64,000 nucleotides of DNA from Nitrosopumilus sp. (GTDB taxonomy: Archaea > Thermoproteota > Nitrososphaeria > Nitrososphaerales > Nitrosopumilaceae): the NCBI GenBank assembly GCA_965218785.1, contig OZ244650.1, forward strand, positions 1,088,001 through 1,152,000, read 5' to 3'. The notes under the pieces are model-generated. The model was not told the origin of the DNA. It made no database searches and worked only from the letters and a program-made list of their open reading frames with translations. Made by a program: the position numbers and the translations under genes. Position 1 is the stretch's first letter; the number at the start of each line of letters is the position of its first letter. Positions 8,350 to 19,072 of the stretch are shown here, piece after piece.

Positions 8350-10266
8350 ATGGATGATAGTACACGTGTCGATATTACTCCGGACAAGTCACTAATCCAA
8401 AAATTAGGCCTTGTTGGATACAAGACAGAGCAGGCAGTTGCCGAATTATTGGATAATTCTATTGATGCTAGAATCCACAATAAGATGGAGTCAATCATGG
8501 TCTATCTGGATTTTCAAAATAAATGGATCGGAGTAAGAGATGATGGTCATGGCATGGACAGGGATGGTCTGGCAAATGCAATGACTATTGCAATGGGAAC
8601 AAAAGTAGAGGGGGAGTTGGGGCAGTTTGGAATTGGAATGAAGAGTGCGTGTTCTGCCTTGGGGAAAAAATTTACCATCAGTACATCCAAAATTAACTCG
8701 GATAAAGGGTACAGTGCAGAATACGATGAAAAAAGCTGGTTATCTGATGAATCACAAAGTTGGAAAAATTTTATTATCAATGAAAGAACTTTGAAAAAAG
8801 AGAAAAATTGGCATGGAACGAGAATTGTAATTTCTGAATTAAACGTACCGTTATATCCAAACCAGGTTTCAAAATTCAAGGATAGTTTCGGCACACGTTA
8901 TTTCCCTTATCTGAAGACGGGACTGGTTTCAATCCAAATCAATACTGTTTTCTGCAAACCAGAAAAACCAGATACCGTAGAAGGAAGTAAAAAGGACATA
9001 CAGATTGAATTAGGATTGGGGGAGAGAATCATCGGTCATGTTGCACTGTTAAAAAAACGCTCCATAAAGGGACGTTACGGACTAGATCTATTTAAAAACG
9101 GCAGACTGATAAAGGCATATGAAAAATTTGGCTTTGCAGCACATCCGGAAAACGCAAAAATAATCGGGGGGTTGGGTCTGGATCACGTTCCTGTAAATTT
9201 CAACAAGAGTGCATTCATCGAAGAAAGTCCGGAATATCAAAGAGCGGTAAATATGTTTAGACAGTCTCCAGAGTTACGAGAAACTATACAGTCATCAAAA
9301 TCCAAAAGCCAGAGTATCGTATCAATTGAATCCGTATTTGACTATTTTAACAAGGAATCCCCTCCACAGTATCTGGAACGCAGTGTACGCTCCAAGGTTT
9401 CACAGGAATTACTAGATAATACAAAGCCATTCACGATAAAAACAGGTGGTAATACCGCGGAAATAGAGATAAAATCACTCAAAAACGAGCCGTTATACAT
9501 CATAGAAAAACACGATTCCAAGATCAGGGTGACAATCAACAAGGATAATGAGGCATTCGTATTTGTAAAAAATCCATTATATCTAATCGGTGTAATCGCC
9601 TCGGAGATAAGACTGCTTGGTAAGGATCCAAATTTTGAGATGTTATTAAAAAAAAGAAATCAGGATGTCAGGGAGTTTCTAAACACATGGTCCAAAAAAG
9701 AAATCAAAAAGGAGGTTTCCAGGAATAGGGAGGTGGAGATACCACACATCCCAAATTACGGGCTGGCAGATGAGCTAATCGAGGTCCATGATTATCTCAA
9801 GGAAAACTTTGGATACAAATTCCAGTTTACAGCATTATCCACTTTGACACCATACCTGCACAACCTACGTGGAAAGTTAATCTATACACTTTACACGGAA
9901 CCCTCAAGGGGGGAGTATCTCTCAGATGTGCTAGCAGACAGATTTGAGAGTGGGTTTACCATAATACATGCGCCGGACAGAAAGGCACTGGATATGTTTC
10001 TAAAGATGTCTGCGACTGAAAGAATCATTGTCATAAGAGAGTATGCAGTTATCCGAGGGGCAACGATAGCTGCCCCCGAAAAGGCGTTTCTTGATTTGAT
10101 AAATGAGACGCATGGTCATGGCGGCCAGCTGGATCTACAGGAGTTAAAACGGATGTTTGCAGCAATGAAAAGATCCAATCTGATCAATTCTGAAAATTTA
10201 CAAACTTGTGCAAAATTCCTCAAAAAATCGGAATTGTTGGAACAGATTTTGGGGGATGAATCTTGA
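8350..10266 (+). CDS. MORC-like GHKL ATPase (HATPase_c_3 + S5 fold) fused to a putative AbiEi-type antitoxin domain
   Basis: N-box AELLDNSIDA, G1 DDGHGM, G2 GQFGIGMKSA, G3 HGTRI. The C-terminal ATIAAPEKAFLDL resembles AbiEi C-terminal domains. Confidence 0.8.
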   Translation: MDDSTRVDITPDKSLIQKLGLVGYKTEQAVAELLDNSIDARIHNKMESIMVYLDFQNKWIGVRDDGHGMDRDGLANAMTIAMGTKVEGELGQFGIGMKSACSALGKKFTISTSKINSDKGYSAEYDEKSWLSDESQSWKNFIINERTLKKEKNWHGTRIVISELNVPLYPNQVSKFKDSFGTRYFPYLKTGLVSIQINTVFCKPEKPDTVEGSKKDIQIELGLGERIIGHVALLKKRSIKGRYGLDLFKNGRLIKAYEKFGFAAHPENAKIIGGLGLDHVPVNFNKSAFIEESPEYQRAVNMFRQSPELRETIQSSKSKSQSIVSIESVFDYFNKESPPQYLERSVRSKVSQELLDNTKPFTIKTGGNTAEIEIKSLKNEPLYIIEKHDSKIRVTINKDNEAFVFVKNPLYLIGVIASEIRLLGKDPNFEMLLKKRNQDVREFLNTWSKKEIKKEVSRNREVEIPHIPNYGLADELIEVHDYLKENFGYKFQFTALSTLTPYLHNLRGKLIYTLYTEPSRGEYLSDVLADRFESGFTIIHAPDRKALDMFLKMSATERIIVIREYAVIRGATIAAPEKAFLDLINETHGHGGQLDLQELKRMFAAMKRSNLINSENLQTCAKFLKKSELLEQILGDES

Positions 10267-11408
10267 TGGCAGAATTACATTTTCAGGGAATTTTGAACAG
10301 GGAAAGCCTTGATGCAATTAAAACGTCTCATGGATTCCGGGATTCGTTGCCACTAGAAAAATTCATCATGGATTTTGAAGTATTGACCCACATCCAAAGA
10401 GTACTGCCTGACTGTGTAGTTAAAGGAGGAATGGCGGTTCCTTTTCATCTGCATGACAAAACCCTGCATCGATTAAGTGTGGATATTGATATTGTGACTG
10501 GAAGTTCTAGGAAAGAAGTAATAGATGCAATGAAAAATGTTTCAAAAAAACTCAAAGGTACTGTAGAAATCGGTAATCCGCACGTCCCAAAAAGAGCAGG
10601 CATCAAAAAATTGCCACTGTTAACATATTATTGTGAATATCGATCATCTGTAGATAAAAATCCTGAAATGAAAATTGAGATTTTTCACGGAAACAGCATG
10701 AAAATACAATCAAAGAAGATAGATACTAAAACTGAAATTATAGAAGTTCTTATAGATTTCCCCCTGTCGGTTTATGATCATGGTTCTTTGATGGGAGACA
10801 AATTAACGACTCTTCCATTTAACACCATAGGAATCAGATTTGACAAACCTGATGTTCCAAAACAAATTTACGATATCGCATCCTTGTTAAAATCAATCAC
10901 AGATAGATTTCCTCTGGAAATGATAGTCGATGCCTTTGAAAAAACATCTAGGGATGAAATGTCTTATTTTAAGGAAAGACCTCCCCCAACATTTGAGGAG
11001 ATTTTATCTGATCTGGATAATTTTTCAGATAAACTATTAGTTACAAAGAATCAAATCAAATTGAATTCTTCGTATCAAGGTAGGTTTAATAAATTCACAA
11101 CAGAACTGTTGGGAGAAAGACGTTATCCAGAATACACCCATGTATCTGATATTCTACTGATCAAAGTAATCATAAAATTAATTTTGAAAAAATTTAACAG
11201 TGCAGAATCAGAAACAATTGCCAAAAAGGCAAAGCAAATCCTAGATGAATTATCGGACTTGTCTCAATTAGGGGATAAAGCCAAAAATACTGCCCGTGGT
11301 AAACTAGTAGCAAAATATGGAAAAACCAGTACTCATGGAAAAATAATGAAAGATCTATTTCCAGAACAGGCTTATCTGTATGATCAATTAATTGAGGAAG
11401 AGGCATAA
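10263..11408 (+). CDS. AbiEii/AbiGii-family nucleotidyltransferase toxin
   Basis: VVKGGMA, RLSVDIDIV, KIEI, GDKL and KQIYDI motifs; overlaps the upstream stop. Confidence 0.85.
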   Translation: MMAELHFQGILNRESLDAIKTSHGFRDSLPLEKFIMDFEVLTHIQRVLPDCVVKGGMAVPFHLHDKTLHRLSVDIDIVTGSSRKEVIDAMKNVSKKLKGTVEIGNPHVPKRAGIKKLPLLTYYCEYRSSVDKNPEMKIEIFHGNSMKIQSKKIDTKTEIIEVLIDFPLSVYDHGSLMGDKLTTLPFNTIGIRFDKPDVPKQIYDIASLLKSITDRFPLEMIVDAFEKTSRDEMSYFKERPPPTFEEILSDLDNFSDKLLVTKNQIKLNSSYQGRFNKFTTELLGERRYPEYTHVSDILLIKVIIKLILKKFNSAESETIAKKAKQILDELSDLSQLGDKAKNTARGKLVAKYGKTSTHGKIMKDLFPEQAYLYDQLIEEEA

Positions 11409-11782
11409 TACATGTTGATGATAATGGCATGATTCATCCAAAATTCATCGGGTATATCCCACAAATCATGAAATCTCTCAGGCTCAATCTTTAATTTGAT
11501 GTCTGTCTTGGCATGTATGTCGTATATGGATCTTCAGGATTGAAAAATTCCAAAGTTCTGTGGAAAAGTGATTTGTCATTAGGATGCACCGAAACCCAAA
11601 GTACATACATCTTCACACCCGTCATGGAAAATCATCTCTGGACCATTCTATTTAGCATGATGCTTATGACATTTTCACCAGAATCCCGAAATATTGATCG
11701 GATGATAGTATTTGGTTTACACTATTAGACAATATGGATCTAATACCTGATCGCATATCTAGAATAATGCAGGAGGTTTACA

Positions 11783-12031
11783 TTGGTCAGGACTAGAAGA
11801 GCCAACAGATACTGTGTTGACTGTGGTGCAAGACTGGTGTATTATCCCAGATTATCAAATCCAAAGGCGCCAAACGAGCACAGGGTACTGGTGTATGCCT
11901 GTCCGGACTGCACTGACGACTTTGAAAAGCCCAAAATGTTCTCAATAAAACGTAATCAAGTGGAGGATCCGCTGGAGACAGTGGAGATAGAGATCACACA
12001 GATACATAAAAAAGCGGCAGTCCCAAGATAG
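11783..12031 (+). CDS. Small zinc-ribbon protein
   Basis: CVDCG...CPDC; TTG start. Confidence 0.7.
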   Translation: MVRTRRANRYCVDCGARLVYYPRLSNPKAPNEHRVLVYACPDCTDDFEKPKMFSIKRNQVEDPLETVEIEITQIHKKAAVPR

Positions 12032-12040
12032 TGTAAGGGA

Positions 12041-12268
12041 ATGTCATATACAGAAAAAACCAGAAGTAACGCGTGGTTCCTGCTGCCGGTGCTCTTTGGA
12101 ATAATCGGCGGTGTAGCTGCGTATTTTATCCTACGTCAGGACGATCCGCAAAAGGCAAAAAACTGTCTGTATATGGGAGTCATCTTCATGGTGTTGGGGA
12201 TAGCCGTCAACGCGATCATACTTGATCAGGTGCCGGAGATCAGTTCTGGTATTGATATAGGTGTATGA
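12041..12268 (+). CDS. Small two-TM membrane protein
   Basis: Two hydrophobic helices flanking DDPQKAKNCL. Confidence 0.75.
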   Translation: MSYTEKTRSNAWFLLPVLFGIIGGVAAYFILRQDDPQKAKNCLYMGVIFMVLGIAVNAIILDQVPEISSGIDIGV

Positions 12269-12503
12269 TTCGAGACAGACAGTTATTAACCGGTGTGAGG
12301 ATGTTGTTTTATGACAGATAGATTTGCAATTTATATGATATTCTAAAAGCAAAAGAGAGGTACTGCCAAATTATCGTGTGTTAGACACGAGACATGAAAT
12401 ACGAATCTTCTCCGGATTGAAAAATTCTGACGAATTTAGTCAGATGTCTATAACTTTACAGAATCCAAAATGTTTATTTTTTTACTAGTCAAAAAACAAA
12501 TGA

Positions 12504-13202
12504 TCATATGGTAAGAAGTATCTTTGCTGCAATATTTTTAGTCTTACGATCATAATCACCCAATACAAGATATGCCCCCTTTATCTTTCTGGTAGGATCC
12601 GTATACTGTATCATACATCCAAACCAAGACCGCATAGCAGGGTCATTTTTACTCTTTTCAAAATGGTTCAGAATACCTTGTTTTATATTCAGACGGTTTA
12701 TGATGTTTTTCACTTTTTCATCATCCAATACGATGGAATCCACTTTTTCGATATCGCATATGTCCATGGACAGTCCAAATTCCTCACTTGGTGACAAGGC
12801 AAATGCATTATGATCCATGTCCATGTCGAATTTGAGCTGTCTGTCGTGTGTTACCTTGAGGGTAAACATCTCTATACTCATTGCCGGTACCGCACCGTGA
12901 TTGCGAATCGTTATTTCCAACATTTCAGAGGTTTTTAGATCGTCGTGATTTTGGGGCGTGGTTTTATTGCCGGATCTTCCAATCCACGGTCTAACTCGTA
13001 TCTGATTGTCGATATGATACTCGTGCATCTGCTTGAGGATCAGTGCCATCATTACTATGTTTACCATGATTGATGTTACGAACAATTCTGCATTCTGCCA
13101 GCCTTTTTCATCAGGCGAGGAAAATGCAAAGGATGCAATTGCCATGGTTCCAATGCTGCACAATACTATCACAGCCAAGAAAGCGATTAATTTTAGTTGC
13201 AT
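12504..13202 (-). CDS. Hypothetical membrane protein (2 N-terminal TM helices plus a soluble beta-rich domain)
   Basis: Two hydrophobic segments then RPWIG...IRNHGAVPA; starts 4 bp after the upstream ORF stop. Confidence 0.7.
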   Translation of the reverse strand: MQLKLIAFLAVIVLCSIGTMAIASFAFSSPDEKGWQNAELFVTSIMVNIVMMALILKQMHEYHIDNQIRVRPWIGRSGNKTTPQNHDDLKTSEMLEITIRNHGAVPAMSIEMFTLKVTHDRQLKFDMDMDHNAFALSPSEEFGLSMDICDIEKVDSIVLDDEKVKNIINRLNIKQGILNHFEKSKNDPAMRSWFGCMIQYTDPTRKIKGAYLVLGDYDRKTKNIAAKILLTI

Positions 13203-13206
13203 GGCA

Positions 13207-14451
13207 CTATATTCTTACAGTTTGCTGTCTCACAGATTCAGATTCATTGTTAACCTTACTCTTGGCGGGATTATTGCGTTTTAGTCTTAAAAGATAATAC
13301 ATGATCTTTTTGCCAGGATACATCCACGGTTTATCAGTTACCAATTCCAGATTGGTTTTGCTGAGTAACTCGTTGAATCCTTCGAGAGTAAATCTAGACG
13401 AATATCCCAGAACGCATGCTGGTTTACCTACAGGTTCGTAGAGCAAAACGATTGTTTTTGAACCTACAGAAGAGTTTACTAGTATTTTTCGTTTTGATTT
13501 TTGTGGCAGATCATTCTCTTGTATGAATTGATCTAATTCATCGTTGGTAGTTATTTTTGCATGTACATCATCTAGATCTAATTCAAGTTTTTCATATTTT
13601 TTGATATTTTCACAGATGTTGTCACCTAATTTTTCCCTTATTTCTTGAGGATGTTCTGCAGCCTTTAGTATTAAATTCATAGGACTGGATATAAACTGCT
13701 TTGATGCCGGATCTTCATATGATGCAATCATGGCTTCATCTTCATCTACTCCGTCAACATCAATCAAAAGAAGTGTATCTTCTTGCATAAGATTCTCCAA
13801 GGTTTCAAATATTTTTGGAATCGCCGCGTTGGAGATTATTCCAAGTGCAGTAATGAGCCGATATTTATTGTTTCCAAAGTCATCAAATTCTGCATTTTCA
13901 AAATTCATCATACGGGGTTGGATTTTCAGATCATCATTGGATAACTGAGTTTTAAAAAGATCATACATTTCATTAGTCGCATCCATAAGCAGCATACTTG
14001 AAAGATCCACAGGAGTAAATTTTATTGGTTCCATTTTGGTTTGGTATTTATTGTCTTTATACACAGTCAAAAATTCCTCTAAAAGTTTCATTTCTTTTTT
14101 TGCTGTTCCGGTTCCAAGAGAGATAAAATCTATGTCATAGTTCTTTTTTCCATGCTTTTTAGCAGATTCGTTGAACAACTCCAGTATCTTGACTATGATG
14201 TCATTTGCAGATTTGCCTATTACCAGCTTTGCATCATTGAATGATTTGTATGTATCATCTGAAAGATTTAATTTTTTGTATGATTCAGAACCATGTGTTG
14301 TAGCGTACCAATATTTTTCATCGATGACTTGATAACTTGATAAATCCTTTAATAGACCCTTTGGAATCAGAATATTTTTTGTAACCAGATAATCTATAAT
14401 GCTGGTTCTGTCTATATGTATCACCACATGACGCATTTTTTCATCTTGCAT
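13207..14451 (-). CDS. EgtD-like (histidine-specific family) SAM-dependent methyltransferase
   Basis: IDEKYWY, FISLGTGTAKKE, PVDLS, GIISN and LLIDVD match the EgtD motif order. Confidence 0.65.
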   Translation of the reverse strand: MQDEKMRHVVIHIDRTSIIDYLVTKNILIPKGLLKDLSSYQVIDEKYWYATTHGSESYKKLNLSDDTYKSFNDAKLVIGKSANDIIVKILELFNESAKKHGKKNYDIDFISLGTGTAKKEMKLLEEFLTVYKDNKYQTKMEPIKFTPVDLSSMLLMDATNEMYDLFKTQLSNDDLKIQPRMMNFENAEFDDFGNNKYRLITALGIISNAAIPKIFETLENLMQEDTLLLIDVDGVDEDEAMIASYEDPASKQFISSPMNLILKAAEHPQEIREKLGDNICENIKKYEKLELDLDDVHAKITTNDELDQFIQENDLPQKSKRKILVNSSVGSKTIVLLYEPVGKPACVLGYSSRFTLEGFNELLSKTNLELVTDKPWMYPGKKIMYYLLRLKRNNPAKSKVNNESESVRQQTVRI

Positions 14452-14577
14452 GTTGTGGGAATACAGGGCGATATTTATAAAGTGATCCGGCTTTGAGGCG
14501 CATTGTTTGACAAGAAATCACAAGACATGGTATGACCCCACTAATTGGAATACAACTGTAAAAAACCTGCCAAAACA

Positions 14578-15510
14578 TCACAGGTCTGCCATACTGTAAA
14601 GCCTGTCTGCCATAGATGTAATCATTTCAAGATCAGTAAGTGAGGACAGCCATGAATCCGGAATGCCGTCAACCCCGTAGTACGCCCCTGCCATCTGCCC
14701 GAATATGGCAGCAGTGGTATCAGTATCCTCCCCCAGACCCACCACCATCCTGCATCCGTCTTTAAACGAATCAGTATTATGAAACGCCCAGAGGGCTGCC
14801 TCCAGCGATTTGGGGGCATGACCGCTGCCGGTTATATCCGCATCATCCCGATACCGGTATGTGCCAAGACGTATCATCTCAATCTCGTCTACAAGCATGT
14901 AATCAGTCCAGTATCCCGGCTCCGGCTCAAATGCATCTGCCAGAACCTCGGTCTTCTCCATCCCCCGCAGTATCCCCGCAATAATCGAGCCCAGATACCT
15001 GCACGCATCTATCGGGACCATACTCCCGTGGGTTATCATCGAGCTTGCCCCGGACATCTCCGTGGCATACCCCATATCCTTTGCATAAAACATTGGAACT
15101 GGCGCCAGGCGCATAATCGAGCCGTTGCCCTCGCCACGCATATCAGAAGGTCTGCCGGAAATCTCGCAGGTCTTGATAAAGTGTTCTAGTGCCAGACTAG
15201 TGGTGTTGCCGACGCCAAAGCACCTGCCGGTACTGCTCATATGACCGTGTACGTACCAGTTCATGTATCGCAGCATCTGATCTGTCTGATCAAAGCCGTT
15301 CTTTTCTATCAGGCTTTCTGCAAGACATAACGCCATGGACGTATCATCAGTCCACTGTCCTGGCTGCAGGTTATGCGGTCCCCCGCCTGTCATGCCGTCT
15401 GCTGGTATAACGCCGCGACTGGATGATTCGTAGGGTGCGCCATACGCGTCTCCTGCGGCAAGTCCCAGCAGGCATCCCCTGTACCTCTTGGCAGTATTCA
15501 TCAGATTCAA
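14578..15510 (-). CDS. ADP-ribosylglycohydrolase (DraG/ARH family)
   Basis: GDAYG, WTDDTSMA, GNGSIMRLAP, ITH and GEDTDTTAAIFG. Confidence 0.95.
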   Translation of the reverse strand: MNLMNTAKRYRGCLLGLAAGDAYGAPYESSSRGVIPADGMTGGGPHNLQPGQWTDDTSMALCLAESLIEKNGFDQTDQMLRYMNWYVHGHMSSTGRCFGVGNTTSLALEHFIKTCEISGRPSDMRGEGNGSIMRLAPVPMFYAKDMGYATEMSGASSMITHGSMVPIDACRYLGSIIAGILRGMEKTEVLADAFEPEPGYWTDYMLVDEIEMIRLGTYRYRDDADITGSGHAPKSLEAALWAFHNTDSFKDGCRMVVGLGEDTDTTAAIFGQMAGAYYGVDGIPDSWLSSLTDLEMITSMADRLYSMADL

Positions 15511-15548
15511 AGTAGTGGCATTGTATTTAATTTGTATCGTCCGTATAG

Positions 15549-16574
15549 TCAGTTCGGGATTTTTTTCATTGTTATATCAATGTCAGCCAGTGTCATATCC
15601 GGTTTTTCTGGCAAAAGATCAAAAAACGATTCCGTCTTTTTTGGCAGGGAATCACCGTCATCCAGGTATACCTTAATGAAGAAAAACCGTACTAGCATGT
15701 TCTCCCTTATCAAACACTGAAACAGCGCCTTAAAGTCATCTCTCTTTTCCAGATATGCCGTGTTGGATTTTTTTAATTCTTGTAGTTCGGACCAGTATGT
15801 TTTCATCCTCTGGATTTTTCCAACAAGCCAGTCCTCCAGATTAGAGTCCGTTGTCTGGGTGAACCGCTGACGATCATACTGGTCGATTATCTGGACGAAC
15901 TCTGCTTCACACGCGTCTTTTAGTTTGCCGTCATTTGTAATCAGGATTGCATCCTCGTATTTTGCATAAAGCAGGCACTTTGCATCTGCCTGGGACAGAT
16001 CGGAGTATCTGTTTTGGATGTCAGTTTTTTGGTCTTCTGTTTTGAGATTGAATTTTATATCCTTGATATTATGTTTGAAAATCCCGTTTAACTCGGAGAT
16101 GATATTGCCGTATGACAACTCTTTTCTAACACGCTTGTGTTTGATCTCGTCTTTTACGAATTTTGGAACGTAGACTGCCAAGTTTTCGGGGGGACACATG
16201 GTCTTGATTCCATTTAACATCTCGTAACTTGACAGTATGTGAAGGACTGCATTGGCATCCAAGAGGATCTTCATGGTTCCTGCCGTCTGGCTTTTTTTCA
16301 GATCCTCTGGTTTTTTTAAGAGTTTGTGGGAATGGTTGTAGATATTGGTTCGTAGTATTCTTGTTTCGTCTTCTAGTCTCTCCTTTCTTTTGAGGTGGTC
16401 TGCCTCAAAACTTGGTGTCTGGTTTAACGTCACGAGTTTTTGATGCTTTTTTTGGAATTTATCCCACAGATATATCAGATTATCCATCGGACCCGGTTTT
16501 TTTGTTTTCTGGCCGGTCTTTGTTTTTTTGCCGCCTTTCTTTATGCTGTGCTGCCAGCCGGTCTTTTTTTTCAC
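15549..16574 (-). CDS. PIN-domain protein with basic N-terminal extension
   Basis: KILLDANAV...VKDEI...LSQADAKCL...LITNDGKL. Confidence 0.75.
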   Translation of the reverse strand: MKKKTGWQHSIKKGGKKTKTGQKTKKPGPMDNLIYLWDKFQKKHQKLVTLNQTPSFEADHLKRKERLEDETRILRTNIYNHSHKLLKKPEDLKKSQTAGTMKILLDANAVLHILSSYEMLNGIKTMCPPENLAVYVPKFVKDEIKHKRVRKELSYGNIISELNGIFKHNIKDIKFNLKTEDQKTDIQNRYSDLSQADAKCLLYAKYEDAILITNDGKLKDACEAEFVQIIDQYDRQRFTQTTDSNLEDWLVGKIQRMKTYWSELQELKKSNTAYLEKRDDFKALFQCLIRENMLVRFFFIKVYLDDGDSLPKKTESFFDLLPEKPDMTLADIDITMKKIPN

Positions 16575-16733
16575 GGGGTCAGCCTCGCGTGATTTTCTGA
16601 TTTGATCTATTGTTAATCATGGAATCATGTTATCTAGGCAATACTAGGATTAATGTCATCCCATCAATTCAGCCGTCTTGGTTTGTGGCAGGCAGTTCTT
16701 CAGACTGGCAGGATCGCATGCCATAACTGATCA

Positions 16734-17711
16734 TCAGGGACTGGCATTAGTAAGATACCTTATGAAAAACTCTGCAGCATCATACCTTGAATCCTTGGGG
16801 GTCTCTGCCGTATTTAGATGACATGTGATGCCGTGGATAACACACTGTTCGCTGAGGTATATGGCATGTAGCGGACTGTGGTTTAGCTGGGATATCGTGG
16901 GATCTGTATTAAACGGGTTGCTTGGTTGTCGTGGTTTATCATAGTTTTGTAATAGAATTGGCGGGTCGCCTGCATCCATAAAACTTGGGAGATCCACGCT
17001 CTGTCTTAACATCGTTATTTCAGGATCAGTAATGGCGTTATTCTCATCCCCGTGGTATAACGCTATTACGATGGGGAAAACCCGTGCATTGATTTCGGGG
17101 GTCACATCAATGTTCAAAATTTGCGGCCATTGCAACATGTCGTATGTCGACTGGGAACGGATATGTCCGATTACGCGGATATGCTGGGATGTATCAGGAT
17201 GTAATCCCATGTATAGTGCGATACCGCCACCTGCAGATGTTCCGTATACGCCGATTTTATCAGGATCAATGCCAAGTGACTGGGCGTTATTTTGCAGATA
17301 CAGCATAATCTGGGACGAGTCAGTCATGATATGATCAATTCTGGCATCCTCTAGAAACCTGTAGTTCATTGATGCAACAGATACGCCTGCGCGTAACAGG
17401 CCGTCTCGTGTTGCTACGTGATCATCTTTGTTTATATCGGATTTGTCACCTGATACGAATCCTCCCCCATGTATGAATATCATGAGCGGGGTGGGTTCTG
17501 CAGAGTTTGGACTGTACAGATCAAAGGTGTTCTGGGGATGGAGACCGTAACTGATGTCAGTTGTTATGTGTGCATTATCAGGTATCTGTGGTTCTGTGAG
17601 ATATCCTATTACAAGTTCCCCCGGGAGGGCGTATGTCACCAGTATCAGTGTGGCTCCGCTGCAGATAACGGCCGCAGATATCAGGTATAGTAATAATTTG
17701 TTTGTCCTCAC
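16734..17711 (-). CDS. Membrane-anchored or exported alpha/beta hydrolase (HSL-like esterase)
   Basis: HGGGF oxyanion motif, GTSAGG nucleophile elbow, N-terminal TM. Confidence 0.9.
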   Translation of the reverse strand: MRTNKLLLYLISAAVICSGATLILVTYALPGELVIGYLTEPQIPDNAHITTDISYGLHPQNTFDLYSPNSAEPTPLMIFIHGGGFVSGDKSDINKDDHVATRDGLLRAGVSVASMNYRFLEDARIDHIMTDSSQIMLYLQNNAQSLGIDPDKIGVYGTSAGGGIALYMGLHPDTSQHIRVIGHIRSQSTYDMLQWPQILNIDVTPEINARVFPIVIALYHGDENNAITDPEITMLRQSVDLPSFMDAGDPPILLQNYDKPRQPSNPFNTDPTISQLNHSPLHAIYLSEQCVIHGITCHLNTAETPKDSRYDAAEFFIRYLTNASP

Positions 17712-17923
17712 AGATACATGAAATGGTTTGAGGTATTTAGCAGATTGGATTTAGCAGATGGTGGAAATTTTGGGATGTGGTGGACTATTGATCAATGAAC
17801 TGTAGACGACATGAATATGAGATCGTAGATCAGACTGATCCAAAATATTTAATCTTATGACTAGGCTAGTTTTTACATCTTGAACCTATTAAAATTTAAA
17901 TTCATAGCAGCTAAATCTATAGT

Positions 17924-18583
17924 ATGGATGGAAGAATAATTGCAATAGGTTTAGCAATAACTTTTGGATTAATTTATACCCGGATATTTGAAAATGAATT
18001 TTTCGAAAATATAATCATAATTGCCATTCCATCTGTTATTGGTTTATTCACAGCAACGTGGGCTTCAAATTCTTGGCAAAGAAGAAAAGAAACAAATGAA
18101 ATCAAAAAGAAAATCATAGATGAATTCATGCAAGGTTTTGAAAATGAATATTCTATGTTAGGTGAATTTACAGGAATGCTTTACAATAAATATTTTGATT
18201 ATTCGGATTATAAGGAAACTACTAAAAATATAATTACATTTGAGCATAATTTTCCAACGGATGAAAATAAAATGCCCAGTATAGTATACAAAAATGAATG
18301 GAATGAATTTTACAAGAAATTTTGGAGTGATGTTTATCTCAAAAATAAATTTTGGAGTGATTTTAGATTATATTATGAAGATGAGAAACTACATAAAGAT
18401 ATTTCAAAGATGGATGACATGTTACTTTTATGTTATCAAAGAATCGCTATGTTTGTTCATTCAAAAAATGAAAAAGAATTTAGACAAACTCATGACGAAA
18501 TAAAATCTGAATTAAATAAAATATTGAGGGATATCATGAGTATTGAACGTAGATTAATTAAAAACGATATTAAAATAAAATAA
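17924..18583 (+). CDS. Hypothetical membrane protein (AT-rich)
   Basis: Two N-terminal hydrophobic helices followed by a helical domain. Confidence 0.7.
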   Translation: MDGRIIAIGLAITFGLIYTRIFENEFFENIIIIAIPSVIGLFTATWASNSWQRRKETNEIKKKIIDEFMQGFENEYSMLGEFTGMLYNKYFDYSDYKETTKNIITFEHNFPTDENKMPSIVYKNEWNEFYKKFWSDVYLKNKFWSDFRLYYEDEKLHKDISKMDDMLLLCYQRIAMFVHSKNEKEFRQTHDEIKSELNKILRDIMSIERRLIKNDIKIK

Positions 18584-19072
18584 AAATTCAAAAATCACAA
18601 GAATTTATAAAAATGAGATTGTTCTAGAAAGAATTTGACCTATTAATCCAATCTAATTAGAGTTATGTGTGTTTAACCCAACACTGAAGAAACTAACACA
18701 TGAACAAGTTTTTCAGATCACATTGATTAGTGTGTTTATTTGAATTGATCAGTATAACTATTGATTCACAGTAAAATAAAATCAGAATGATTTCTAAAAA
18801 ACCAGTTTTCTAACAATCATTTCTTGGATTTTGATTTATTTCCACTTGGAGGGGGATTATAGTTAGGACTGTTTGGATTCCAAGTCGTATCTCTTGTAGG
18901 TTGTGATTGACCTTTTTTATTTTCCATACATATCACAGGTCATCATATTATATAAATTTAAAAAATTGATTGTCTACAGTTATGAGATACGGGAATCTTT
19001 TGCGTATTTTTGCAGATGATTTTCATGAAACAAGAGAGGAATGTTTGAATAAGAGTGCCACCATTTTGATTC

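Noticed and set aside
11410-11730. Short ORFs and coding-like fragments after abiEii
   Set aside because: Multiple stops and no recognisable motif; probably pseudogene debris.
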